Positions 10,518-19,202 of a stretch of 64,000 bases of DNA are shown in pieces (position 1 is the first letter of the stretch; every line of letters begins with the position of its first letter). The DNA is taken from NCBI GenBank assembly GCA_964244245.1, contig CAXTHW010000010.1:52764-116763 (forward strand), given 5' to 3'. Position numbers and translations under genes: made by a program. The notes beneath the pieces are model-generated. The model did not search any database. It worked only from the letters and a program-made list of their open reading frames with translations, and was not told the DNA's origin. The DNA is from an uncultured Rubrivivax sp. (GTDB lineage Bacteria; Pseudomonadota; Gammaproteobacteria; Burkholderiales; Burkholderiaceae_C).

Positions 10518-12289
10518 CCGACGGCCGGGCCTTCGAGATCGCCAGCGCGATGCTCGAAGGCTTCAACCGGCACTACCGGCTGTTCCGCGAGACCAGCGCC
10601 GCGGCCAAGCAGCGCTTCGAGCAGTCCGACTGGCACGGCCAACAGCGAGCGCAGCGCGAGCGCATCGAGTTCTACGACAAGCGCGTGCTCGAAGCGGTGG
10701 CCCGGCTGCGCGACGACTTTCACGTCGCGGAGCTGTCGATGGACACCTGGCAGCAGGCCAAGCTGCACTACATCGGCCTGCTGGTTGACCACCACCAGCC
10801 CGAGCTGGCCGAAACCTTCTTCAACTCGGTGACGGCCAAGCTGCTGCACCGCAGCTACTTCCGCAACGACTTCATCTTCGTGCGGCCCGCCGTCAGCACC
10901 GAGTACATCGAGAACGACGAGCCGGCCTCCGCGCCCACCTACCGCGCCTACTACCCCACGCATGCCACGCTGCACGAGACCTGGCGCCGTGTGGTCACCA
11001 ACTTCCAGTTGGAGCCCGACTTCGAAGACCTGGCGCGCGATGCGGAAAACGTGCTGCAAGCCATGCTGGCCGAGCTGGGCGGCTTCAGGCCGCGGGCGAA
11101 CTTCCAGATCCAGGTGCTGGCCAGCCTGTTCTACCGCAACAAGGGCGCCTATGTGGTGGGCAAGATCATCAACGGCTTCACCGAGACGCCGTTCGCGCTG
11201 CCCATCCTGCATGGCGAGCATGGCCTGCTCATCGACGCCGCCTTGTTCGGCGAGGACGACCTTGCCATCCTCTTCAGCTTTGCGCGCGCCTACTTCATGG
11301 TCGATATGGAGATCCCGTCGGCCTACGTGCAGTTTCTGCGCTCGATGATGCCGCGCAAGCCACGCTCGGAGCTGTACAGCGCCTTGGGGCTTCAGAAGCA
11401 GGGCAAGAACATGTTCTACCGCGACCTGCTGGCGCACCTGCGCCACAGCAGCGACAAGTTCCGCATCGCGCCCGGCATCAAGGGCATGGTGATGCTGGTC
11501 TTCGACCTGCCGTCGTTCCCCTATGTGTTCAAGGTGATCAAAGACTTCTATCCGCCGCAGAAGGACACCACGCGCGAGCAGATCAAGGGCAAGTACCTGC
11601 TCGTCAAGCAGCACGACCGGGTCGGCCGCATGGCCGACACGCTGGAGTACAGCAACGTGGCCTTTCCGCGCCACCGGCTGGACGACGAACTGGTGGCCGA
11701 GCTGAAGCACTTCTGCGGCAGCCTGCTCGAAGAAGACGCCGGCCCGGGCGGCGCCGGCGAGCAGGTGCTGGTGATCCGCCATGTCTATATCGAGCGGCGC
11801 ATGGTGCCGCTGAACATCTACTTGCAGGAAGGCGCGCCCGAGCAGGTGGCGCACGCCGTGGTGGAGTACGGCAACGCCATCAAGGACCTGGTGGCGGCCA
11901 ACATCTTTCCGGGCGACATGCTGTGGAAGAACTTCGGCGTCACGCGCCACGGCAAGGTGGTGTTCTACGACTACGACGAGATCGAATACGTCAGCGACTG
12001 CAACTTCCGCCGCGTGCCCACCCCGCGCAACGAGGAAGAAGAGATGTCGGGCGAGGTCTGGTACTCGGTCGGCCCGAAAGACGTCTTCCCCGAGACCTTC
12101 GGCCCCTTTCTGCTGGGCAACCCGGCCGTGCGCGAAGTCTTCATGGCGCACCACGCCGACCTGCTGGACGCCGCCTTCTGGCAGAGCCACAAAGAGCGCA
12201 TCCGCGCCGGCCATGTGCACGATGTGTTTCCATACGAGCCGGGCAAGCGCTTCACGCTGCGGCGGCACAATCTTCAAATGTCGATCTGA
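10499..12289 (+). CDS. aceK: Isocitrate dehydrogenase kinase/phosphatase (GTG start inferred)
   Basis: [47 protein letters not shown]. Confidence 0.96.
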   Translation: MFPHSLTDGRAFEIASAMLEGFNRHYRLFRETSAAAKQRFEQSDWHGQQRAQRERIEFYDKRVLEAVARLRDDFHVAELSMDTWQQAKLHYIGLLVDHHQPELAETFFNSVTAKLLHRSYFRNDFIFVRPAVSTEYIENDEPASAPTYRAYYPTHATLHETWRRVVTNFQLEPDFEDLARDAENVLQAMLAELGGFRPRANFQIQVLASLFYRNKGAYVVGKIINGFTETPFALPILHGEHGLLIDAALFGEDDLAILFSFARAYFMVDMEIPSAYVQFLRSMMPRKPRSELYSALGLQKQGKNMFYRDLLAHLRHSSDKFRIAPGIKGMVMLVFDLPSFPYVFKVIKDFYPPQKDTTREQIKGKYLLVKQHDRVGRMADTLEYSNVAFPRHRLDDELVAELKHFCGSLLEEDAGPGGAGEQVLVIRHVYIERRMVPLNIYLQEGAPEQVAHAVVEYGNAIKDLVAANIFPGDMLWKNFGVTRHGKVVFYDYDEIEYVSDCNFRRVPTPRNEEEEMSGEVWYSVGPKDVFPETFGPFLLGNPAVREVFMAHHADLLDAAFWQSHKERIRAGHVHDVFPYEPGKRFTLRRHNLQMSI

Positions 12290-12301
12290 ACGGAGAGAAC
12301 C

Positions 12302-13480
12302 ATGGCTGAATCCATCGTCATCGTGTCTGCCGCCCGCACGCCCATCGCCGGCCTGCTGGGCGACTTTGCCAGCCTTCAGGCCTGGGAGCTGGGCGCCGTG
12401 GCCATCAAGGCCGCGGTCGAGCGTGCCGGCGTGCCGGGCGACGCCATCGACGAGGTGTTGATGGGCAACTGCCTGATGGCAGGCCAGGGCCAGGCGCCCG
12501 CCCGCCAGGCGATGCGCAAGGCCGGCCTGCCCGACAGCACCGGCGCCGTCACGCTCAGCAAGATGTGCGGCTCGGGCATGCGCGCGATGATGTTCGCGCA
12601 CGACATGCTGGCCGCCGGCAGCGCCAATGTCATGCTGGCCGGCGGCATGGAAAGCATGACCAACGCGCCGCATCTGGTGAACGCCCGCAAGGGCATCAAG
12701 TACGGCGCCGCGCCCTTCCTCGACCACATGGCCGTCGATGGCCTGGAAGACGCCTACGAGCGCGGCAAGGCGATGGGCGTCTTCGCCGAGCAGTGCGTGG
12801 CCAAGTACGGCTTCAGCCGCGAGGCGCAGGACCAGTTCGCCATCGCATCCACCCAGCGCAGCAAGAAGGCCAACGAAGACGGCAGCTTCGCCTGGGAGAT
12901 GGCGCCCGTCAGCGTGGCCGGCAAGGCGGGCGACACGGTGTTCAAGTTCGACGAGCAGCCCTTCAAGGCCAAGCTCGACAAGATCGCCGGCTTGAAGCCC
13001 GCGTTCAAGAAGGACGGCAGCATCACCGCAGCCACCTCGTCCAGCATCTCCGACGGCGCTGCGGCACTGGTGCTGATGAAGGAAAGCACCGCCACGCAGA
13101 TGGGCGTCAAGCCGCTGGCGCGCATCGTCGGCCACGCGGTGCACGCGCAGGCGCCCGACTGGTTCACCACCGCGCCTGTGGGCGCCATCCAGAAGGTGCT
13201 GAAGAAGGCCGGCTGGACGCCGCAGCAGGTGGACCTGTGGGAGGTCAACGAGGCCTTCGCGACGGTGACGATGGCGGCGATGGCCGAATTCAAGCTGGCG
13301 CACGAGATCGTCAACGTGCATGGCGGCGCATGCGCTCTGGGCCACCCCATCGGCGCCAGCGGCGCGCGCATCGTCGTCACGCTGCTCGGCGCGCTGCGCA
13401 CCCAGGGCAAAAAGCGCGGCGTCGCGGCCTTGTGCATCGGCGGCGGCGAGGCCACCGCGATGGCCGTGGAGCTGCTCTGA
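12302..13480 (+). CDS. Acetyl-CoA C-acyltransferase (thiolase)
   Basis: KMCGSG, NVHGGACALGHPIGASG, LCIGGG. Confidence 0.96.
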   Translation: MAESIVIVSAARTPIAGLLGDFASLQAWELGAVAIKAAVERAGVPGDAIDEVLMGNCLMAGQGQAPARQAMRKAGLPDSTGAVTLSKMCGSGMRAMMFAHDMLAAGSANVMLAGGMESMTNAPHLVNARKGIKYGAAPFLDHMAVDGLEDAYERGKAMGVFAEQCVAKYGFSREAQDQFAIASTQRSKKANEDGSFAWEMAPVSVAGKAGDTVFKFDEQPFKAKLDKIAGLKPAFKKDGSITAATSSSISDGAAALVLMKESTATQMGVKPLARIVGHAVHAQAPDWFTTAPVGAIQKVLKKAGWTPQQVDLWEVNEAFATVTMAAMAEFKLAHEIVNVHGGACALGHPIGASGARIVVTLLGALRTQGKKRGVAALCIGGGEATAMAVELL

Positions 13481-14133
13481 ACCTGCCCCCGCCAGGCGAG
13501 CTGCTGCTCTTCGCTGCCGCGGTGTTCGTGCTCAACGCAACGCCGGGCGTCGATCTGCTGCTCACCGTCACGCGCACGCTCGCGCGCGGGCCGCGCGCCG
13601 GTCTGGCCGCGGCCTGCGGCGTCAGCAGCGGCTGCGTGCTGCATGCCTTGGCGGCGGCTTTCGGCCTGGCTGCGCTGCTGGCGGTGCACCCGCAGGCCTT
13701 CGCGGCCATCCAGTGGGCTGGCGCTGCCTACCTGGCCTGGATGGGTTTCGGCCTGCTGCGCCAGGCGCTGCGCGGCGCCGCCGCAACGCCGGCCACGGCC
13801 GCGGCGGCGGCTGCGCCGGTGTCGCTGGCCGCCGAGTACCGGCGCGGCCTGCTCACCAACGTGCTGAACCCCAAGGTCGCGCTGTTCTTCCTGGCCTTCC
13901 TGCCGCAGTTCGTGCCGGCCACGGCGCCCGACAAGACGGTGTCCTTCCTGCTGCTGGGCGCGTGGTTCGTGGTGCAGGGCACCGCGTTCCTGTTCTGCCT
14001 GGTCGCGCTGGCCGCGCGGCTGCGGCGCTGGCAGACGCCGGCCGCGGCGCGGCGCGCGCTGTCCGGTGCGGCTGGCGCGCTCTTCGTCGCGCTGGCCTTG
14101 CGGCTGCTGGGCGCCCGGCCGGCACTTGCCTGA
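13477..14133 (+). CDS. LysE/RhtB-family amino-acid exporter (start uncertain)
   Basis: LNATPGVD, RRGLLTNVLNPKVALFFLAFLPQF. Confidence 0.88.
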   Translation: MNLPPPGELLLFAAAVFVLNATPGVDLLLTVTRTLARGPRAGLAAACGVSSGCVLHALAAAFGLAALLAVHPQAFAAIQWAGAAYLAWMGFGLLRQALRGAAATPATAAAAAAPVSLAAEYRRGLLTNVLNPKVALFFLAFLPQFVPATAPDKTVSFLLLGAWFVVQGTAFLFCLVALAARLRRWQTPAAARRALSGAAGALFVALALRLLGARPALA

Positions 14134-14151
14134 CAACTCTTCATTCCAGCC

Positions 14152-14619
14152 ATGTCCACCACCACCATCGAAACGCCCTTGATCCGCGTCGGTGAGGAAT
14201 TCCGCGCGCAGGTGCGCTACACGCGCGAGCAGATCATCCAGTTCGCGCGCCTCACCGGCGACAGCAACCCGCTGCACCATGACCGCCAGGCGGCCGAGCG
14301 TGCCAGCTTCGGCGAGCTGATCGCCAGCGGCCAGCAGACCGCGTCGCAGATGATGGGCCTCGTCGCATCGCACTTCTCGCGCACCCACGACGGCGTGCAG
14401 CGCGAGATGCTGTGCCTGAACTTCAACTTCAACTTCAAGGCGCCGGTGTTCGCCGAGCAGGACATCCACATCCACTGGCGCGTCTCGGAGGTGGAGCCCA
14501 ACAACCGCCGCGGCGGCTTCATCGGCCATGTCGATGGCGCCGCGACGGTGGCCGGCCGCGCCTGCGTGGTGGCGCGCGGCACGCTGCTGGTGCGGCGCAC
14601 GGCGGTGCGGCTGGCATGA
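14152..14619 (+). CDS. MaoC-family hot-dog dehydratase
   Basis: FARLTGDSNPLH, FKAPVF. Confidence 0.85.
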   Translation: MSTTTIETPLIRVGEEFRAQVRYTREQIIQFARLTGDSNPLHHDRQAAERASFGELIASGQQTASQMMGLVASHFSRTHDGVQREMLCLNFNFNFKAPVFAEQDIHIHWRVSEVEPNNRRGGFIGHVDGAATVAGRACVVARGTLLVRRTAVRLA

Positions 14620-14632
14620 CCGGGGCCGGCCC

Positions 14633-15772
14633 ATGCTGCTGAGCGAAGACCACCGCGCGGTGCAGGACGCCGTGCGCAGCTATGTGCAGGACTGCATCGC
14701 ACCGCACGCTGCCGCCTGGGACAAGAGCCACGCCTTCCCTGCCGCCGCCTTGCGTGGCCTGGCCGCGCTGGGCTGCTACGGCGTGGCGGTGCCGCAGGAA
14801 TGGGGCGGCGCCGGGCTGGACTACCTGGCACTGGCCGTCATCCTCGAAGAAGTGGCCGCCGGCGACGGCGCCACCAGCACCGTGGTCAGCGTCAACAACT
14901 GCCCGGTCTGCTCCATCCTGATGGCCTATGGCAATGCCGACCAGAAAGAGCGCTTCCTGAAAGCCCTGGCGCGCGGCGCGATGCTGGGCGCCTTCTGCCT
15001 GACCGAGCCGCATGTGGGCTCGGAGGCCGGCGGGCTGAGGACGACGGCTGTCCGCGACGGTGACGACTACCTGCTGAACGGCGTCAAGCAGTTCATCACC
15101 AGCGGCAAGAACGGCGACGTCGCCATCGTGATGGCAGTGACGGACAAGGCCGCCGGCAAGAAAGGCATCAGCGCCTTCATCGTGCCCACCAGCACGCCCG
15201 GCTACGAGGTGGCCCGCATCGAGGACAAGCTGGGCCAGCATGCCAGCGACACGGCGCAGATCCGCTTCGAGCAATGCCGCGTGCCGGCCGCCAACCTGCT
15301 GGGCGAAGAAGGCATGGGGCTGAAGATCGCGCTGTCGGGCCTGGAAGGCGGGCGCATCGGCATCGCGTCGCAGGCCGTCGGCATGGCACGCGCGGCCTTC
15401 GACGCCGCGCTGGCCTACAGCCGTGACCGCACCAGCTTCGGCCAGCCCATCTTCAACCACCAGGCGGTGCAGTTCAAGCTGGCCGACATGGCCACGCAGA
15501 TCGAGGCCGCGCGGCAGCTCATCTGGCACGCCGCCAGCCTGAAGGACGCCGGCCTGCCCTGCCTGAAACAGGCCGCGATGGCCAAGCTCTTCGCCAGCGA
15601 AATGGCAGAGCGCGTCTGCTCCGACGCGATCCAGGTGCACGGCGGCTACGGCTACGTGAGCGACTTCCCGGTCGAGCGCATCTACCGCGACGTGCGGGTC
15701 TGCCAGATCTACGAAGGCACGTCGGAAGTGCAGAAGATCCTCATCGGCCGGGCGTTGGCACAGGGCGCCTAG
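14633..15772 (+). CDS. Short/branched-chain acyl-CoA dehydrogenase
   Basis: GAFCLTEPHVGSEA, KQFITSG, GGRIGIA, YRDVRVCQIYEGTSE. Confidence 0.95.
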   Translation: MLLSEDHRAVQDAVRSYVQDCIAPHAAAWDKSHAFPAAALRGLAALGCYGVAVPQEWGGAGLDYLALAVILEEVAAGDGATSTVVSVNNCPVCSILMAYGNADQKERFLKALARGAMLGAFCLTEPHVGSEAGGLRTTAVRDGDDYLLNGVKQFITSGKNGDVAIVMAVTDKAAGKKGISAFIVPTSTPGYEVARIEDKLGQHASDTAQIRFEQCRVPAANLLGEEGMGLKIALSGLEGGRIGIASQAVGMARAAFDAALAYSRDRTSFGQPIFNHQAVQFKLADMATQIEAARQLIWHAASLKDAGLPCLKQAAMAKLFASEMAERVCSDAIQVHGGYGYVSDFPVERIYRDVRVCQIYEGTSEVQKILIGRALAQGA

Positions 15773-15837
15773 ACGGCGTCTGGGCGGCGCTTCGACGGCG
15801 CTTCGACGGCGGTCAGACGGCGCTCAGACCGCGATCA
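15772..15837. repeat. Six degenerate 11-bp tandem units (GACGGCGCTTC/GACGGCGCTCA-like) between convergent genes
   Basis: Units start at 15772, 15783, 15794, 15805, 15816 and 15827; TCA at 15813, 15824 and 15835. Confidence 0.85.
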
Positions 15838-16782
15838 AGAGGCGGCCAGCGCGCCGGCGACGAAGGCCACCAGCGCGCGCGCCGCTTCCGGCGCCACCGG
15901 CATGGGCAGCGTCAGCGCGAACACCGTGTCGCCTTCGACGAGGTGCAGTTGCCAGCCCGGCAGCGCATCCACCAGCCGGCCCGCGGCCACGTCGTCGGCC
16001 ACGCTGAAGTCGGGGGCGAACACGGTGCCGTTGCCCGCGCGCGCCATGCCCAGCAGCGTGGCGAGGTCGTCGCTGCTGCAGGCCGGCACCAGCTCTATGG
16101 CGCTGCGCTCGTCGGCACCGCGCCGCCACAGCATTGCCAGCCGCTCCGTCGGCTGGCCCAGCACCAGGCAGCGCGCGTCGGGCAGCGCATCCGGCCCCGC
16201 CAGCGGCATGCCCTTGCGTGGCCGCGCCCAGGCGCAGACCTTGAAGCGCAGCACCGCGCGCGCCACCCAGTCTTGCGGCGGCTGGCGGGTGATGCGAAAG
16301 GCCACGTCAACGTCCTCGCGCAGCAGGTCCACCCGGCGGTGCGTGAAGCTCAGCTCCAGCCGCAGCGCCGGGTGCACCGCCAGAAAGCGCGCCAGCAGCG
16401 GCGCCAGCACCGCCATGCCGAAGGTGGGCACCGAGGTCACGCGAAGCGTGCCGCTCAGCCCCGGGCCGCGCGCCTGCGTGCGCAGGCTGAGCCGGGCTGC
16501 GTCGGTCGCGTCGGCCACCGCGCGGGCCTTGGTGGCCAGGCGGCGGCCGGCCTCGGTGAGGCCGAGTGCCCGCGTGGTGCGGGCAAACAGCGGCTGGCCC
16601 AGCGCAGCCTCGATGCCGGCAATGCGCCGGCTGACCGCCGCGCGCGTCAGCCCCAGCCCGCGCGCGGCCTGCGCAAAGCTGCCGGCCGCGACGATGCGCG
16701 CAAACAGCTCCAGCGCGTTGGCGTCCAGCGGCACGTCGCGGCGCGCCGCCACGGTGGGGCGCTGCCGGGTCTTGGTTGTCAA
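15835..16782 (-). CDS. LysR-family transcriptional regulator
   Basis: GSFAQAARGLGLTRAAVSRRIA.LE helix-turn-helix, LFARTTR, substrate-binding domain; divergent from the hydrolase. Confidence 0.93.
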   Translation of the reverse strand: MTTKTRQRPTVAARRDVPLDANALELFARIVAAGSFAQAARGLGLTRAAVSRRIAGIEAALGQPLFARTTRALGLTEAGRRLATKARAVADATDAARLSLRTQARGPGLSGTLRVTSVPTFGMAVLAPLLARFLAVHPALRLELSFTHRRVDLLREDVDVAFRITRQPPQDWVARAVLRFKVCAWARPRKGMPLAGPDALPDARCLVLGQPTERLAMLWRRGADERSAIELVPACSSDDLATLLGMARAGNGTVFAPDFSVADDVAAGRLVDALPGWQLHLVEGDTVFALTLPMPVAPEAARALVAFVAGALAAS

Positions 16783-16852
16783 TGCAAACTCACCAATGCG
16801 TCAATCCAAGGCAGTCTAGTCAACTTGCGGGGCGAATCCTAGAGTTGCCTGC

Positions 16853-17803
16853 ATGCACAGCCGAACCGCCAGTTCCTTCGAAGCCGGGCCGCTGGCCGGC
16901 CCCGCCAAGGCGTCAACCACGCAGACCACCGTGCTGGTCGCCGCCGATGGCCGCCACCTGGCCGCCTGCTGGACGGAGCCGCCCGACGGCCAGGCGCACG
17001 CCGTCACCGTGCTCAGTTCGGCGGCCGGCGTGCCGAGCGGCTACTACCGCGGCTTCGCGCAGTGGCTGGCCGGCCGCGGCCACGCGGTGCTGCGCTACGA
17101 CTACCGCGGCATCGGCGGCTCGCGCAGTGGTGCGCCGCTGCGCCAGGAGCCGGCGACGATGCGCGACTGGGCGGTGCTGGACATGAGCGCGGCACTCGCC
17201 GCCGCCGAAGCGCGGCGCGGCGGCCGTGGCCTGCCGCTGCTGCTGCTGGGGCATTCGTTCGGCGGCAATGCGATCGGCTTCGCCCATGGCGTGGAGCGGG
17301 CCGACGCCATCCTCACCGTGGCATCGCAGCAGGGCGAGCCGCGCCTGTTCGCTGGCCGCCACCGCGTGCTGGCCGAGCTGTTCTTCCGCGCCTGGGTGCC
17401 GGCAGTCACGGCGGCGTGTGGCCGCATGCCCGGCTGGGCGCTGGGCGGCGGCGCAGAGCCGATGCCGGCCGGCGTGGCGCGCCAGTGGGCGGCCTGGGGC
17501 CTGCGCCGCGGCTGGGCCTTCGCCGACCCGGCAATGCGCCCGCAGTCGTCGTACCGCGCCATCGTGGCGCCGGTGCATCTGTGGAACGTCAGCGACGATC
17601 TCACCTACGCGCCGCCCGCCGCGGTGGACGCGCTGGCAGCGCAGTTCGCCATCGCCGCGGTCCAGCGCCACACGCTCACGCCGGCGTCGGCCGGCGTCCG
17701 GCGGCTGGGCCACTTCGGCGTCTTCCGTCGCTCACCGGGCGCGCCGGTCTGGGAGCGCCTGCTCGCGCCCATCGAAGCCGCGGTGCCCGCCTTGCGGCGC
17801 TGA
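16853..17803 (+). CDS. Predicted alpha/beta hydrolase
   Basis: YDYRGIGGS, GHSFGG nucleophile elbow, C-terminal GHFG. Confidence 0.88.
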   Translation: MHSRTASSFEAGPLAGPAKASTTQTTVLVAADGRHLAACWTEPPDGQAHAVTVLSSAAGVPSGYYRGFAQWLAGRGHAVLRYDYRGIGGSRSGAPLRQEPATMRDWAVLDMSAALAAAEARRGGRGLPLLLLGHSFGGNAIGFAHGVERADAILTVASQQGEPRLFAGRHRVLAELFFRAWVPAVTAACGRMPGWALGGGAEPMPAGVARQWAAWGLRRGWAFADPAMRPQSSYRAIVAPVHLWNVSDDLTYAPPAAVDALAAQFAIAAVQRHTLTPASAGVRRLGHFGVFRRSPGAPVWERLLAPIEAAVPALRR

Positions 17804-17852
17804 GCGGCCGGGATCAAGCTGACGAAGCCGGCACCGGCGCTACAGTGCGCCG

Positions 17853-19202
17853 ATGACCGAGACCGAGGCCCGCCAGGTGCTGCTGTTGCAGGCCGTCGAG
17901 ACCGGCGCCCAGACGCCGCTGTGGACCGCCGATGACCGCGCCTGGGCCAGCCGCCTGGCGCAGCAGACGGCCGGCGGCGATGCGCCGCCCGAGCGCTTCG
18001 TCGCCCAGCGGGCCGGCCACGCCATGCAGCGTCTGCTGCCGCGCGATGCCGCTGCCCGCGACTGGCTGCAGCGCAGGCTGTGGCGCCCGGCGTGGCTGCC
18101 GGCCGCCGGCGCAGCGGCCTTCGGGCTCGGCGCGCTGGTGGACCACATCGGCAGCGCGCAGCGCGTCGATCTGCTGGCCTGGCCGGTGGGCGTGGTGATC
18201 GTCTGGAACGTCGCGGTCTATCTCGGTCTGCTGCTGCCGCGGCGCGGCGGCGGCTTGCGGCGCTGGCTGACCCGGCAACTGGCGGGCGGCGAACGCGGGC
18301 CGGCAGTGCTCTGGGCGCGCCACGCCGCGCCGCTGTCGCTGGCGCGCGCGGCCTGGCTGCTGCACGGCGCCGCCGCGATGCTGGCGCTGGGCCTCGTCGC
18401 AGGCCTCTACACGCGCGGCCTGGTGCTGGACTACCGCGCGGGCTGGCAGAGCACCTTTCTCGCCGCGCCGCTGGTGCAGGCGCTGCTGAACGCGCTGCTG
18501 GCGCCGGCCAGCGCCGTCACCGGCATCGCCGTGCCCGACGTGGCACCGCTGCGGCTGGCACCCGGGGTGGCGGCGGCCGGGCCGGCCGCGCCCTGGCTGC
18601 ACCTCTTCGCGGCGACGCTGGCGCTGGCCGTCGTGCTGCCGCGGCTGGCGCTGGCGGCCTGGGCCGGATGGCGGGCGCAGCGGCTGTCGGCGCACTTCCC
18701 GCTGGCGCTGGACGACCCCTACTTCCAGCGCCTGCGCCTTCAGCAGCAAGGCGGCCAGGCGCTCGTGCAGGTGCTGCCCTACGCGGCCGACTGCTCGGCG
18801 CAGGCGGCGCTGGGCCTGCGCGCCGTGCTGGCCGGCGTGCTGGGCGAAGGCCTTCAGTTGCAGCTTGCGCCCACCACGCCCTTCGGTGAGGCGGCCTCTG
18901 GCTCGGCAGGCACGGCAGTCACCGGCCTGCGCGTGCTGCTCTTCGACCTGGGCGCCACGCCCGAGGCCGAAGCGCAGGGCCGCTTCATTGCCGCGCTGCA
19001 AGGCCACGGGCCGCTGCTGCTGGTGGCCGACGAGGCGGCATTCCGGCGGCGCTTTGCCGGCCTGCCGGAGCGGCTGGCGCAGCGCCGCGCGGCCTGGCAG
19101 CAGTTCGCCGACGCGCAAGCCTTGCCGCTGCTGTGCTGCGACCTGGGCGGCGCAGACACCGCGGCGGCCACCGCCACGCTGCAACGGGTGCTGGCCCGAT
19201 GA
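17853..19202 (+). CDS. Membrane protein, DUF2868-like
   Basis: Several hydrophobic segments, RGLVLDYRAGWQSTFL and LPRLAL segments; ATGA overlap with the GTPase gene; family name from memory. Confidence 0.7.
   Translation: MTETEARQVLLLQAVETGAQTPLWTADDRAWASRLAQQTAGGDAPPERFVAQRAGHAMQRLLPRDAAARDWLQRRLWRPAWLPAAGAAAFGLGALVDHIGSAQRVDLLAWPVGVVIVWNVAVYLGLLLPRRGGGLRRWLTRQLAGGERGPAVLWARHAAPLSLARAAWLLHGAAAMLALGLVAGLYTRGLVLDYRAGWQSTFLAAPLVQALLNALLAPASAVTGIAVPDVAPLRLAPGVAAAGPAAPWLHLFAATLALAVVLPRLALAAWAGWRAQRLSAHFPLALDDPYFQRLRLQQQGGQALVQVLPYAADCSAQAALGLRAVLAGVLGEGLQLQLAPTTPFGEAASGSAGTAVTGLRVLLFDLGATPEAEAQGRFIAALQGHGPLLLVADEAAFRRRFAGLPERLAQRRAAWQQFADAQALPLLCCDLGGADTAAATATLQRVLAR

Noticed and set aside
12565-13476. 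Apparent long N-terminal extension of the LysE ORF
   Set aside because: Alternate frame of the thiolase gene; the real protein begins near 13477
15772-15837. Tandem array as a CRISPR remnant
   Set aside because: Units are 11 bp with no spacers and no cas genes in the window
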